From Rhodosorus marinus CCMP1338 (Eukaryota > Plantae > Rhodophyta), in contig JAMWBK010000004.1 in NCBI GenBank assembly GCA_029953675.1, forward strand, positions 2,604,001 through 2,668,000: DNA of 64,000 nt, given 5' to 3'. This document shows, piece after piece, positions 25,590 to 38,000 of this stretch (within the stretch, counting starts at the first letter, position 1; every line of letters starts with the position of its first letter). The translations under genes were made by a program, and so were the position numbers. The notes under the pieces were generated by a model. That model was not told the origin of the DNA. It saw nothing but the letters and a program-made list of their open reading frames with translations, and did no database searches.

Positions 25590-27060
25590 TTCTGCGCGAT
25601 CCCCAGGGTTGACCAAATAATAATAAAAAACACCCACGAATTGCTGCTACTTCAGCAACCTACAGAGCGCGCCTACAAGCACCTAAAACATTCAACCCAC
25701 CTGTCGCTTCCTTTAGCCGGAATCAACGCACTCCATCCAATCCGACTCGACTCACATTCCAGGACATTCCCGCGCTATTCCACCGAGGCCAAGAGGATCA
25801 GTCCAGACCAAGTGTTCCAAGTATTCGGCCCAAGCTCAATGGTGATCTCACCAAAAACCTTAAGCCAAAAAAGAAGGTCGACAAACTATTCTTCCGCCCC
25901 GTACTCAGCTTCAGGATAACAAGTCCCTGAATGGATCCATGCAATTTATCATATTACACCATCGATTTCCTCGGCCAACTTACTTAGCACAACCGCCGCG
26001 TACGATCCTCCAAGCACGTAAAATCCAGAACCCTAAACCGCATCGAGCTAAAACTAGACTTTTCGTCATTCATATTAATTCCACACGATGTCATAAATCA
26101 GAGAAGCGGGTAAATTTTACTATTTTATGACTACACAACACATACTCCAATAGCGACAATAGATAATTAATCATACTGTTAATAATAATAAAGTAAGGAA
26201 CGTAAATAATCTGTACATTAGCCGCAAACCACCTTGAAAACGACATATTAATAATTTTATTATGGCATTTAAATTAATAATTTATGGTACATTATTAAGT
26301 GAACTTTTGATCTTAATTTAGTTTAATTTGGAATAATTCTCCATATATGCTCTCTTTTCTTATATTATGAAACTATTTTCTAAAATATGCGGTATCTCCA
26401 TCCAGCCGACATTGAATGCGCGGAGATAAACCCTAAGATGTCAAACGTGTAGCGGGGGCAGAATCCCGACTAATAAAAAGAAATTCTTAAATTATATAAA
26501 TAAAACACAGTTCTCTCAGGTACATCGAATTTTTAGCATGGGGGGGAGGGCGGATATCGGATAGAGGGAAATTGCCTCATTTATTTAAAAAACGGGGTCC
26601 GCGACTCTGAGCCTGAACGGGTTGACCCAGGGGTTGAATTAGTTGTTTCGCATGTAAATATTGAAATAATAAAACTATTAGCCCTTTTTGTTTGGTATTC
26701 AGTCGAAAAAGTGATATAGAGAGCCATTTAGACCGTCAGCTGACAGGTGAAAATTTTGGATAAAATTTTCTCGGAATGGTGACGAGTAAAATGGATCCAA
26801 GGTTTTTCATGCTAGAGATATCTTAGTACACTTGCATCCCACTTGAAATTCAAATAATGAATAATTTTATAGAGGATGATCGCAATGACTAGTCACTAAT
26901 TTGCTTTCTTGCTGTACTAAAAGGGTTTTTTGGTCGTTTCGATCCGAATGGTGTGAAATTTTTCTAGGGTCGTCGAGGCGCGGTCGCATCTGGGAAGGCC
27001 GGTGAGGCTTTGGAGGGGTAGCTGGGTACGCGTGGGGGGGTTTGAGGAGGGGGATGGGGA

Positions 27061-27177
27061 AGTTTGAGAGGGTCGAGAGGGGGGAGGAAGGGGGGGCTGG
27101 GAACAGTTTGAGAGGGTCGAGAGGGGGGAGGAAAGGGGGGCTGGGAACAGTTTGAGAGGGTCGAGAGGGGGGAGGAA
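27061..27177 (+). repeat. G-rich 44-bp tandem repeat, about 2.7 copies
   Basis: Units start at 27061, 27105 and 27149 (AGTTTGAGAGGGTCGAGAGGGGGGAGGAA...GGGAAC). Confidence 0.9.
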
Positions 27178-27591
27178 AAAGGGGGTGGGATGTGGATGGA
27201 ATCGTATTGGAACCACAAGCTGGAATTTAGGTTTTAGGGAATTGGAAGTTAATATGATATTGCGGTTGTTGGATTTTGAATGTTTTAGTGTATTTGTCTT
27301 TGTTTTGCCGTCTCTTCAGGCTTGTATATGGAACGGGTGTTTTTCTGGTTTGTGTTGTTGAATTTTGGGGGGGTGTTGGAGGTCCAGTGGGGATCAAAGT
27401 ATTGTCGGATGTTATTGACAGAGTACGAGAAGGGCATTTTTGGGATGTGATTTTCGAGGACGTGATTTTAGGCTCTTTTTTCCGCGCTCGGGTTGTTTTC
27501 TGAAGAGGAATTGGCCATCAATCGATCCTCGTTTTCTTGGACTGTCGGGGCCCTGTTGAGCGGCATGTCCTGGGGAATTTAGTGCAGTAAG

Positions 27592-30500
27592 ATGTCCTCG
27601 ACGACCTATACGAGCTTGTGTTTTCATGGAGGATTTGGAATATCGGACCGGAGATCTAGGAGGGGGTTCTCGCATCGGAGAAAACCTGCTCACCCCGTTA
27701 TAAAATCCTCGTTCAGACACGGACACAGGAAGGACTACTTCGTGAAAGCGAGGATATGGGATCAGCGAAATGACGAGGAAAAACTAGCGCGGAGGAAACC
27801 TCTTGGAATTCCAGACAGAATTGTGACCGAGGTTGAACAAGCTCTTTCGCATACGTTCAAGCACAAGCAGCTTATTCGTACAGCGCTAGTGCACAATTCA
27901 GTGTCGCAAGAACGACTCGTTTACGTCGTGAACGGCAAGGACCCGGTTAAGATCGACAATGAAAGGCTCGAGTTTCTCGGGGATGCTGTGCTGTACATTG
28001 TTCTGGCAGAAACTCTATACAGACATAAACCTATTCTGTCGGAAGGTGACATGACCAGTATCAGAGGGAGGGTAAGCTAGCTTTCTGCCCCGTAAGTTTC
28101 CCGGCTTCTCGGTTATTCAAACGGCTCGCCTGGACTAATCCAATATATTGCATATTTTTGATACAGCTTCTTACCAGGGAAGCTTGCGCAGCTTATGTGA
28201 AAAACCTCGGCCTAGATAAGTATGTGGTTTTCGGGAGGTTCGTCAGACGTCACGAGCTTCGAAAGTCTACCACCGTGCAAGGCGACTTTTTTGAAGCTCT
28301 GTTGGGAGCTTTATACCTCGATGGCGGGTTCGCAGCGGCGAAAAAATTCTTGAACGAGAAGGTTCTCCCGACGGTTCCAGATTTTCTCACCGTCACTGAA
28401 GAAGCTGAAGACTCTGCGAGGAGAAACTATCGCAACATCTTGCAGTCTTACCTGCAAAAGAGGTTTAGGTGAGGAGGGTGAAACGGTCCGATGGCTGATG
28501 GGAACGGAGCACGGAAAAACATTCAGTGCTTCGTCTCCGCTGATTGCAAGCTGACAATTCGCTTTCTGATACGCGTTGTTTCTTCTGCAGAGGGCTCCCA
28601 TCCGTTGCGGAAGAGAAGGTAGAAGGACCGGACCACGAGAAAAGGTTTACATATTCAGTGTACTTCAAGGACAAAATCTTGGGTACCGGCGAGGGTGTGA
28701 CGAAGAAACAAGCGGTCAACGTTGCGTGCCTACACGCGCTACAGAACCTGGGCGTTAACCCGGAAGTTGATGAGGAAACGGAGGAGGAGGAGGAGGAGGA
28801 GGACGTTGTGGTTGGGGACAGTTCCAGTTTGACAGAAGATGGTTTACTCCCTTTGTGGCCCAAGTTTGACTTCAAGAATACTATGCTCAACTATGCGAGG
28901 GACCTATACGGTTCAGAGCCTAAGCTTGTACCGTTGGAACGAGCTGAGGAGTACGTAGAGCAAAACGTTCTCAACGAACGGGTCGATGGCTTGCTGCGAC
29001 CATGGAAGTTTCCGATTCTCACACTGCTATCGTTCTCTGTAGTTTCACCGCTGAGGACACAGAGGATCGATTTATTTACGCCGTGAGCATGGACGGATCC
29101 TTGATGGCAGCTGGCAGCGGGAGAACAAAAAAGGAAGCTGAGCAGCGTGCCGCAAGGCGATTCATCCCCTTGCCAACGGTTCTCTCCCTCGTGAAGAAGG
29201 CTGAGAACTGTTGCACACCAGAATCTGTTCAGGGTAAGACATCAGAGCAATTGATGCTCCTCTCCTTGGCTTGTTCAGTTCTGGGCTGATTGCATTTCTC
29301 GTCACCTTTCCCCAGCCATGCTTAGAGACTTGACCAAAGTGGCAGAAGAGAACCTAGCACATCAGAGGGAGAGAATGCGGTTTGAGCGCGAACCCGAGAG
29401 CGAACAAGCACACACCAGGGAAGAAGTTGCCGTGCAATTGGAACCAATAGATGTGGAGAACGCGCCAGAAGCTGACGCTGAAGGAGCGCAGGATGAGGTG
29501 TCCCCAATGACTGAAGCCGACCTTGCAGAGCACGTGGAAGCAGAGTCTAGGCACGAGCATTTTCGTGATCCTCCACCACGACGGAGGGGCGTTTTGGCGG
29601 AAAGCTTGGATGTACTTTACGACTATGGCGTGGTGTATGCCCCATGCTTGGACCTAGTTCAGGAGAGCCCGGTCAACATTGTACAACTGATCAGAACAGC
29701 CGAGCGAGTGGGGAGAATGTCTGGGAGGACTGCGCTTGTTCTGTCGTATCACTACATCTCAGTGCTCAAAGTGTTTGGTTGCTCGAAAATACATGCGAAG
29801 CTCAAGCAGGAGTTGTTTTCAGAGGTAGTTTCGCGGAGGACCATCTTATGTAATCTAGATGCGATTGGTACTGTGGAAGTTACCACTTTGCCAACTGGAC
29901 CACCGGCGTTTTCAATTCGAGCAAAGGCGACCTCCCCAGTACTAGACGCAGACCAGGTCGGATTTTTCCTCGTTAAGGTGTACCCGGATGAGGCCAGCAT
30001 GAGGTCCAACGTCGACGCCGCTGAGATCCTGGTTCCAGTCAACCACCAGGTGCATTGCAAACAGTTATCACCGGATACACACGAATATGAGGTGTTCTTC
30101 GAAGGTACAGAAGTTCTCTGGCCCTTTTTGCTGTCCGGTTCAGTGAAGAAGGAATACGCAGATGTCAAGGAGACGAGTTCTGGCTACGTTGAGGAAGGTA
30201 GCCCAATTCATGGCTTAGATGGGCATGTACCAGTACCGGAGGGCGAGAATTCAGCAGCTGAGAATGGAGAGGATTCAGAACAGACTCCAGTGTTTAGCGA
30301 TGAGCAACTTAACGTATTGCACTCGCTCTTGGTGGCCGCGGTTGAGTGTGGAATTTCTAGAATTGGATTGCGCCTGCTGGGCGCCATGGGCATCACCCAG
30401 GAGTCTTCCATGGAGGAGTCTCGCGAGCTCTTGATGAACAGCGTGCATGCCTGGGAGTCATGGACAGATGGAGAGACACCGGAGCCTGAACAAGTGGAAA

Positions 30501-30688
30501 AGGTACGAGAGCTCTCGCACAAGCTCGCCCGCGCTTCTTCCAATACATTGGCAGTAATCTCATCACGACTGGGAGAAGCTGAACTGGCTGAGGGTCTGCC
30601 GGACGCGATCGGGGATGTAATAGAGAGGATCCAGGAGGAGAATTTGATCATTCAGACTAGGAAGCTCAAGTTCGAACCCCACTGTTAA
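27592..30688 (+). CDS. rnc: Bacterial-type RNase III (catalytic domain plus 2 dsRBDs) with a long C-terminal domain of unknown function
   Basis: Exons 27592-28071, 28167-28468, 28591-28950, 29043-29233, 29316-30688, all in frame. NERLEFLGDAVL and GDFFEALLGALYLD intact; dsRBD motifs GEGVTKKQA and GSGRTKKEAEQ; N-terminal transit-peptide-like region. Confidence 0.85.
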
Positions 30689-31505
30689 GTTAAGACAAGA
30701 TAGTCGCATTACATTACAGTTTTCATCAATTATGAAAGTAAAACTCGTATATAGATATATATTTCGAATGTGGCATACGGACAGGCTAAGCTGTAGAGCT
30801 CGATAATAGTCCCTGCTAGTCTCCAGCAGTTGCAGTGTCTGTCTAGTACGCCGACCCTGAGCAAGAAGGATACAAAATTCTTAACAGCCGAGTTAAGGTC
30901 TCACGCGCGCTGCCAGGTAAATACGGACTATCAGTTGCAATCTTGCAACCTGACAACTGTTCTGGCGAGCGCTACGCGTTAGCAGCATTTCGAGCTCGAA
31001 AGTCGATTTGCGACATTCCCTCAGGACCCACTTCAAGTTGTTTCATAGCGGTGAGGAAGAAGCCGTAGAGCCAAGAACGACCTCACAAGCAGTCTATTTG
31101 CGTTCTACCAATCCAATAACCTGACCTTCTCTCGTCATGAGAAGGACAATAGCCATCGACAACCGCTCCTGAAGACGACTGGGTGTCGAGAGTTGCTTGC
31201 CAGCTCTCGAAGATGACGCCACCAGTAGCCAAGTTCAGTTTCGGACGGTGGTGTAAGCGGCTCGTTAAAAAAGTTCTCGAGTAAGAATTCGAAGAACTGG
31301 CAACCTTGGGATTCATGACGAGGGGCCCGGTCATCATCGTCAGACTCTGAAGTGACAACGGGCTGGTGGCTTTGTCAAAAATCTGGCTACTATTCAGTGC
31401 TTATAAAAACCGTCAGGTTTTTGAGTATGTATTCCGAATACTAGGAACTTCGGCGACGCTTGGCAGATCTGCTGAGGGTATGGTCTGGTTTTTTTTTCCG
31501 GGGTT

Positions 31506-31727
31506 GGGTTGGTGAGGTGTGGTGTGGGTTCTAGAGATTTACTGGGCAAGCTTGGATGATTTGTTTAGTTGGAATGGAATGGATGTTTGGATGGAAGCGT
31601 TAGAATGAGCGAAGAGGGTTGGTGAGGTGTGGTGTGGGTTCTAGAGATTTACTGGGCAAGCTTGGATGATTTGTTTAGTTGGAATGGAATGGATGTTTGG
31701 ATGGAAGGGTTAGAATGAGCGAAGAGG
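31506..31727 (+). repeat. 110-bp direct tandem duplication covering the RecQ leader and start codon
   Basis: Copies start at 31506 and 31616; one mismatch seen (C/G). Confidence 0.95.
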
Positions 31728-33673
31728 ACGAGGTATGGGCAATATCAAGTTCTGAGAGCGTTTCAGAGGTGGTGGTGGACGAGGAGGATGATGACGATGA
31801 CAGGGATGGCGTTGAGAGAAGGTTTAGGGAGGCGAAAAGTGAAGTTGAAACGGCGAGGAGGGAGGTTGAGAGGGTGCGAGCGGATTTGAGGCGGGCGGAG
31901 GCCAAGTTGGCGAGAGCAAGGACTGTCCGGGAGCGTCATGTGCGTCGAGCAAACGTTGAGCGGAACAAAATTGCGGTCAGTGGGCTGAACAACTGGAGAT
32001 CATGGGATGGTTCAGTTGATGAAGTGGCCCGTACAGTTTTTGGAGTTACCAGCTTCCGATTCATGCAACGAGAGGCTATAAACGCAGCTATGGAAGGCCA
32101 AGATGTTCTTGCTCTAATGCCAACTGGTAGTGGCAAAAGCTTGATCTATCAGATAACAGCTCTGTCCCTCGGAGGAGTCTCGCTAGTGATCTCGCCGCTC
32201 CTGGCCCTTATTCATGACCAAGTCGAGGATTTGAAACGGAAAGGCGTCACCGCACGAATGCTCTGCTCTGACACACCACGACCGGAAAGCACAGCAACGC
32301 TGAAACTCATCGAGACCTGTGATCTCGCCGCCGGCAAGGGAGCAATCGTTTACCTAACTCCTGAGAAGGTGGTTAAATCAAAAATGCTTATGAACAAGCT
32401 AGAGAAGGCGTATCAAGCTGGCAAGCTTATGAGGTTCATTCTAGACGAGGCCCACTGCTGCTCCCAGTGGGGACACGACTTTCGGACAGACTACTCTCAA
32501 CTTGGAATACTCAAGAACCAGTTTCCTAAGGTCCCAATGATTCTGGTCACCGCCACGGCCTCCAGGAAAGTTCAAGATGATATTGCACAGATTCTTCATA
32601 TCTCAACTCCGATCGTGCTACAGGCCCCCATGGACCGTCCCAACCTTTACTACGAAGTCAGGCACAAGGCGGACAAGGATGAGATTGTAAAGGAAATTGC
32701 CAGCATCGCAAACTCACAAATGTACAAAAGTTCCAGCGGAATAATCTACGTTTTCTCTCGTCGGGACGCTGAAGATTTAGCCTTCGACCTTCGGAGCGTT
32801 TACGACATTCGGTGTAAGGCCTACCACGCGTATCTTGGCCCGGATGAGCGAAAGAGAGTACACGAAGGGTGGGCACGAGGAGACGTAAGGATCGTGGTTG
32901 CTACGATTGCTTTCGGGCTTGGAATCAACAAGCCGGATGTTCGTTTTGTGATCCACCACTGTGTATCGAAGAGCATTGAGAGCTACTACCAGGAGTCTGG
33001 GAGGGCAGGCCGAGACGGAAAGCAAGCACTTTGTGTTCTCTTCTGGAGTCCCACGGACCTGTTTCGGTTGTCAACCATGGTTGCTGGCTCAGCCAATCGT
33101 GCTGCAGCGATAAAGTTGCTGTACGCCATGTGCAGGTACGCCACTGCGAGGACTTGTCGGCGAGAGTTTCTGTTGGAGACTCTGGAAGACGAACGTTCTC
33201 GTAGCGGTGAGACGAACAACGAAACGTGCTGTGACAACTGCAAGAAACCGAGCCAAGCGGATGACGTCACTGAGCTTGCGTACAGTTTGTGGCGGATCGT
33301 CTCAAACGTTGAGGCTCACTCGGGCGGAACAATCACTGATCTTCTCACGGCAAAACAGCTGGTAGATGTGTGGAGTGGAACCGCACCTCCAGCTATCAAG
33401 GCGCGAAACGGTGAGCCTCGTGCGCCGACGTCCATGACCAAGATGGACAGGCTGGCGCTTGTCGTTCAACTCGTTATTGACGGTTTTCTGTCGGAGGTAT
33501 TTCACTATACCCCGTATTCCATTATCTCCTATATCCAGACGGAGCCACTTGAGAACGCCCGCAATGGAATGATCCTCATGACGCGCCCCCAAGGCAATGG
33601 GGTTCAAGAGCAAGGACGCAGACGTACGAAGCAGAAACTGAAGAGATCGAGGATAGAATCAGATCCCGTATAG
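31715..33673 (+). CDS. RECQL: RecQ helicase, RECQ1/RECQL-type
   Basis: Intronless. MPTGSGKS, LDEAHCCSQWGHDFR, YYQESGRAGRDG, Zn site CRR...CCDNC, winged-helix hairpin FHYTPYSIISY. Confidence 0.92.
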   Translation: MSEEDEVWAISSSESVSEVVVDEEDDDDDRDGVERRFREAKSEVETARREVERVRADLRRAEAKLARARTVRERHVRRANVERNKIAVSGLNNWRSWDGSVDEVARTVFGVTSFRFMQREAINAAMEGQDVLALMPTGSGKSLIYQITALSLGGVSLVISPLLALIHDQVEDLKRKGVTARMLCSDTPRPESTATLKLIETCDLAAGKGAIVYLTPEKVVKSKMLMNKLEKAYQAGKLMRFILDEAHCCSQWGHDFRTDYSQLGILKNQFPKVPMILVTATASRKVQDDIAQILHISTPIVLQAPMDRPNLYYEVRHKADKDEIVKEIASIANSQMYKSSSGIIYVFSRRDAEDLAFDLRSVYDIRCKAYHAYLGPDERKRVHEGWARGDVRIVVATIAFGLGINKPDVRFVIHHCVSKSIESYYQESGRAGRDGKQALCVLFWSPTDLFRLSTMVAGSANRAAAIKLLYAMCRYATARTCRREFLLETLEDERSRSGETNNETCCDNCKKPSQADDVTELAYSLWRIVSNVEAHSGGTITDLLTAKQLVDVWSGTAPPAIKARNGEPRAPTSMTKMDRLALVVQLVIDGFLSEVFHYTPYSIISYIQTEPLENARNGMILMTRPQGNGVQEQGRRRTKQKLKRSRIESDPV

Positions 33674-34276
33674 TAGCCATGATCAAATTATGAGTTCAGT
33701 GTTTTTCTGCCTCACGGGAGTTGCTCGGTCGCTTTCTGGACTTATTAGAAGACGAGACTCTAAGGCCGGACTCGAAAAGCGGGGAATCGCGTGGTAAGAG
33801 TCTTCATTGCAATACTATAGATAAGAGTTTCTTTTCGTGACACAGGGAGTCGATTATCCGACACCCGGGATGAAGAACTTGTTCAAAAGGTTGTATATTT
33901 TTCCGCGATACGTTATATTAAGTAATTAAAAGCCGAGTTAATAAGTATGAAAATTAAAATCAACAGACTCCTCAACGGCCGTCCTACCCGAAGACCTCCA
34001 GATAGTGAAGATTCGGGGATCCTCGTTATACCTATGTATATATATGTAGCTTCCTCATTAGCCTACCCTCCTTGGAATCCTTTGCTCAACGCAGAACAAA
34101 GAGGCGCTCCAGCAACAGAATCGAATGGACTACCACGCTCTCCATAGTTTTTAGAAAAGGAATTGCAGGTGTGCAAACTCAGACAATCTCACCCAAACAC
34201 CAGTTACCCTAGGTGTTTTGTCCCTTCCCTTCTCAGTGGTGGACGGTAAGCACACTGCAGTTTTCCCTTAAGCGGG

Positions 34277-35056
34277 TTACTTGCTCATCTGTTGAACGAG
34301 CTCCCTATGCTCCCTATTCTCTTCTCTCATGGACTTGAGCAAGTCCACGAGTTGCGACAACGTTGCAGTTTGCCGATCCAAAATTGTGCTCTGTTGCGAA
34401 AGGATCTCTTCATGCCTTTCCAGAGTCGCTGCTAGATTGCGATAAGGTTCGCGCTCAGATCCTCGACCAAATTGGTACTCAACAAGGTGCTCCAATACCC
34501 TCCTGACCAACTTGTCCTCGATGTACTTGGAACGAGCGAATTCCTTGCTACCTTGGGAAGATCCACTGGACTCGTTTGAAGAGTTTCTGGGTTTCGATGC
34601 GTGTCCACGAATCTTTAGATCGCGTGCCTCCGCTTTTATGTCCGCATCCATCCCACTCGCTCCTCCCGTTTCCAATTCCTTAACACCCTTAACTCTATTC
34701 ATCTGTTCGACGATGCTATCAAGAAGCTGTTCTCTCGAAGTTGCTTCCTTTGGCCTAAGTGCATCAGATTTTACATCGTTTCGCTTATGCAACTCTATCA
34801 GAAGATTGAATCTTTCTAAACAGTTCTTCGCGTCCACATGCCACGGAAATAATTCCGACTCATTCAAACGGTCAGCAGTAGTCGCAAAGCGCTTCATCTT
34901 CTCCCCATAAGGAGCCAAGTGTGCTCTCACTTCAAGTATGCATCTTAGCAGGGAGAGATCCTGCGCTTCAGAATAACGCCTTCGCTTCTTCGCTCGCGCT
35001 TCTCCTTCAATGTTGACACCCGACACTTCCTCGCTCCTCTTCTCGGAACCAGGCAT
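34277..35056 (-). CDS. Myb/SANT-like DNA-binding protein with C-terminal coiled coil
   Basis: Intronless. RRRYSEAQDLSLLRCIL...KRFATTADRL...KNCLERFNLL trihelix-like pattern. Confidence 0.62.
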   Translation of the reverse strand: MPGSEKRSEEVSGVNIEGEARAKKRRRYSEAQDLSLLRCILEVRAHLAPYGEKMKRFATTADRLNESELFPWHVDAKNCLERFNLLIELHKRNDVKSDALRPKEATSREQLLDSIVEQMNRVKGVKELETGGASGMDADIKAEARDLKIRGHASKPRNSSNESSGSSQGSKEFARSKYIEDKLVRRVLEHLVEYQFGRGSEREPYRNLAATLERHEEILSQQSTILDRQTATLSQLVDLLKSMREENREHRELVQQMSK

Positions 35057-38000
35057 CTTGGGTGCTTCCTTCTTCACTCTCCTCCTCAACAAAAACCCAA
35101 ACAAAACTCAGCCAGGCCTATCCCTCCCAACGACCACCAAGCTCAATGAAAAAGAAATCTTGGCGCGCCCAGGACGACTTACAAACACATGACTTAGCGC
35201 ATCAGCACCACCCACCCTTTACCTCGCCATAGGCAATTTGGCATCCGCTCGTGGTTGTCAGCCAATACGAACGGACGTTTAGAGCATCAAAATCCTTCTC
35301 AAACACCAACACCAAAAAACAACCAAAAAAAAATCGTGCTCACGCTCAACTCCAACTGTGCAGCACCACCTCGCGACGTTATCAACCAAAACGGATCAAA
35401 GCACTTTACTGAAAACCAAACTTCAGCCCTCAAAAAAACAGTTTCAAAACATATCAAACAAACAAGACTTCTCCATATATGCAAAATTTGACTCGACTTC
35501 CTATTAAGAAAATCCCTCTCCTCATCCTACTGCCTCCCTTCCCTCACTTGACCTTGTTCGTTCCTCCCCCACCCTCCCTTCCAACCCCAGTTAAGCCTGC
35601 GGGTCCCAAACGAAAGCCCGCTTCCCCTTTATACACTACCTCAGGTCCCCCACCCAACGCTCCTCTCCCCTCCCCCCCCCCTCTCAGTCAGAAGAGAAAA
35701 ATCTAGCTGATTGAAAGTGTCTACCAAATGAAAAAGAAATCTCTTTCCACACCAGAAAGTAGGAGTTCACCATCAGTGCTGGACGTATTCCCCCTTACTC
35801 CAAAAATGTAAAATATAATTTTCAATCAAATCCCAAGATAATAACAACAAAACATCACAAACAATAATAATAACAAAACATGAAAATGGAACTTCTTTAT
35901 TAGCTTTAAAAAAACAAATGGTCTCCGTCCCCTGTTGAAAAAAACAATCCGTTCTCTCAGCTACAAAACGCATTTAATGTACCAAAAAACCAATTTATTG
36001 ATTGTTGGTGAAATTACTATACCCCTCAAGCACTGGGGGGTATTCATTCCTTTTATTCGTTTTTTAAAAGTTTATTGGACGAAAGAAAGTGGGACTTGTA
36101 TTGAAATTACTTTTTACTAGGTTTCTAGATACATCTAAAACCCAACCCCTCCTTTCGATTTTTCCTTTTCTTGAAATCTATCAATTTTTAATTTTTTGCC
36201 GAAATTGTGCAGGATCCTCGTCTTTTTTTAAAACCCGTCGATGGACATGTTCAGAAATAGACTATAATTTATTAAATAATTAACTGTAAACAAAACTCAT
36301 TTTCAATTTTTAAATTATAAATACATGCTTTTTCTTCGAAGAGACGATTACATTTGTCGAGAGCTTGAAGAGAGTGGGAAAATTATGATTTTTTTGATTT
36401 TGTTTTTTTGGTCCAATGCCATTGGCCACTTGAAAACGAGAAATGCCAGCTTGGGACCTAAGTTTAGAGTATATATTCTGAAATCTAGATAGTGACCTTA
36501 TTAATTAAGTTTTATTTGAAGTTTTGGTAAAAAGGACTTATTTTAGATACTGGAGTGTACATCTAGACAGGAAGCAGGTTGTCCATGTATTACTCCGAGG
36601 AAGCATTGTTAGGGTGTTTCTTTTTTTTTAACGTTGTTGAATGAACGTAGGAGCAGCAACAGGTGAGGACACAGACCACCTGCACGCGGGAAGAGGACCG
36701 AGAAGGTACGTGTGCGCGAACAGGTTCCGATTCCAGTTCCCGCACCGAGTTATATGTTGGAAACCAAAAAAAACACCAAAAGCACCGCATCACGGTGCGT
36801 ACGTATTGTGCGTGGAAACGTGTCACCGTCACCCTTTTGGACGCATTGGAGGGAAACCTCGGGCGCCACGGCGAGTATTTTTATCAGTCGTCCAGCTTAG
36901 AGATATCGTAACCGAATCAATCTTGATGTCAGGTTTTGTTTTATTCTCCCAACGTATCTCCCATCCAACATCCCGAGCTCGTTCGGACAGAACCCCTCCG
37001 CTCCCTCCATAACCCGTATGTACAGACTCTTGCCTTTTTTTAATCAAATATCGTAATTAAATTCCACTCCGCCGGAGGTTTTCTGAATTTGTAAATAATT
37101 TACAACATCTGATGGCAGTAGGCGCTTTTATCAAATTTGGACGTAAAATTTAATCCGTCGTGAGGATCCTTCAATGTTGTTTTCAATTTATTTCACATCA
37201 TTCCCTGTAAACACGTAGTCGCAGGGCATGAGGTAGAGACCGGGGTCGGCTGTGGGTTTGTTTGGGTGACAGACTCTTCTGCGTTGGTGGTGGAAGCTAG
37301 TTTTCTCGAGAGGAGCTGCTAAGATCAAAGCTGAATTAGGAGAGGCGTGGGTCCCGGGTGAGAAACTGCTCCGTATGAGAGGCGGGGGAGAGGATTGGAA
37401 GTTTGGAGAACTTGATTGGAAAGCTGGGCCAGGAGCTGGATTAGGGTTTCTTTTGTTTTCTTGAAAAAGAGGACATGGTGAGGAACGGTTTTGGATTGAG
37501 AAAAGAAAAGGTGGATGAGTATGCAGGGCTTAGTTCCGAATTCTTTTCTTGTTTTTTCTGACCAGCAGCACGTGGATGGAAGTTCACACAAGTACAGTGC
37601 TCGGCTCGAAGGGTTACACAGAAGCGGGTGTCTCCACGTATACTTGATGGACACTCCCAGGATGGTCAGCCTTTGTTTCACATGAGGTGCTTGTAACCTC
37701 TTTTAAGTGCTGGAATGTCCAGCACTTGCTCTTCTAATTAAAAAAGTTTGGAGGTATTATGTCTTGGACATGAGGTCCTCAGCTAGGGCAAACGGTTCTT
37801 GTAAGGTTCCTCGAAGGCGATCTATGTTGCGCTCTCTGCCGATGCAAAATCTGTCCATGACGTGTCGTCTGGTTCTCCATAGGAGCCAGAGGATATTCTA
37901 TGATGTTCGCACGGACACATGCTTGCAAAAATTACCAGTGCTCTGAGGAAGTGCAAAGGAGGAGGTCTCCGCTGGCTGGATACACGGTCCCTGGATGCTC

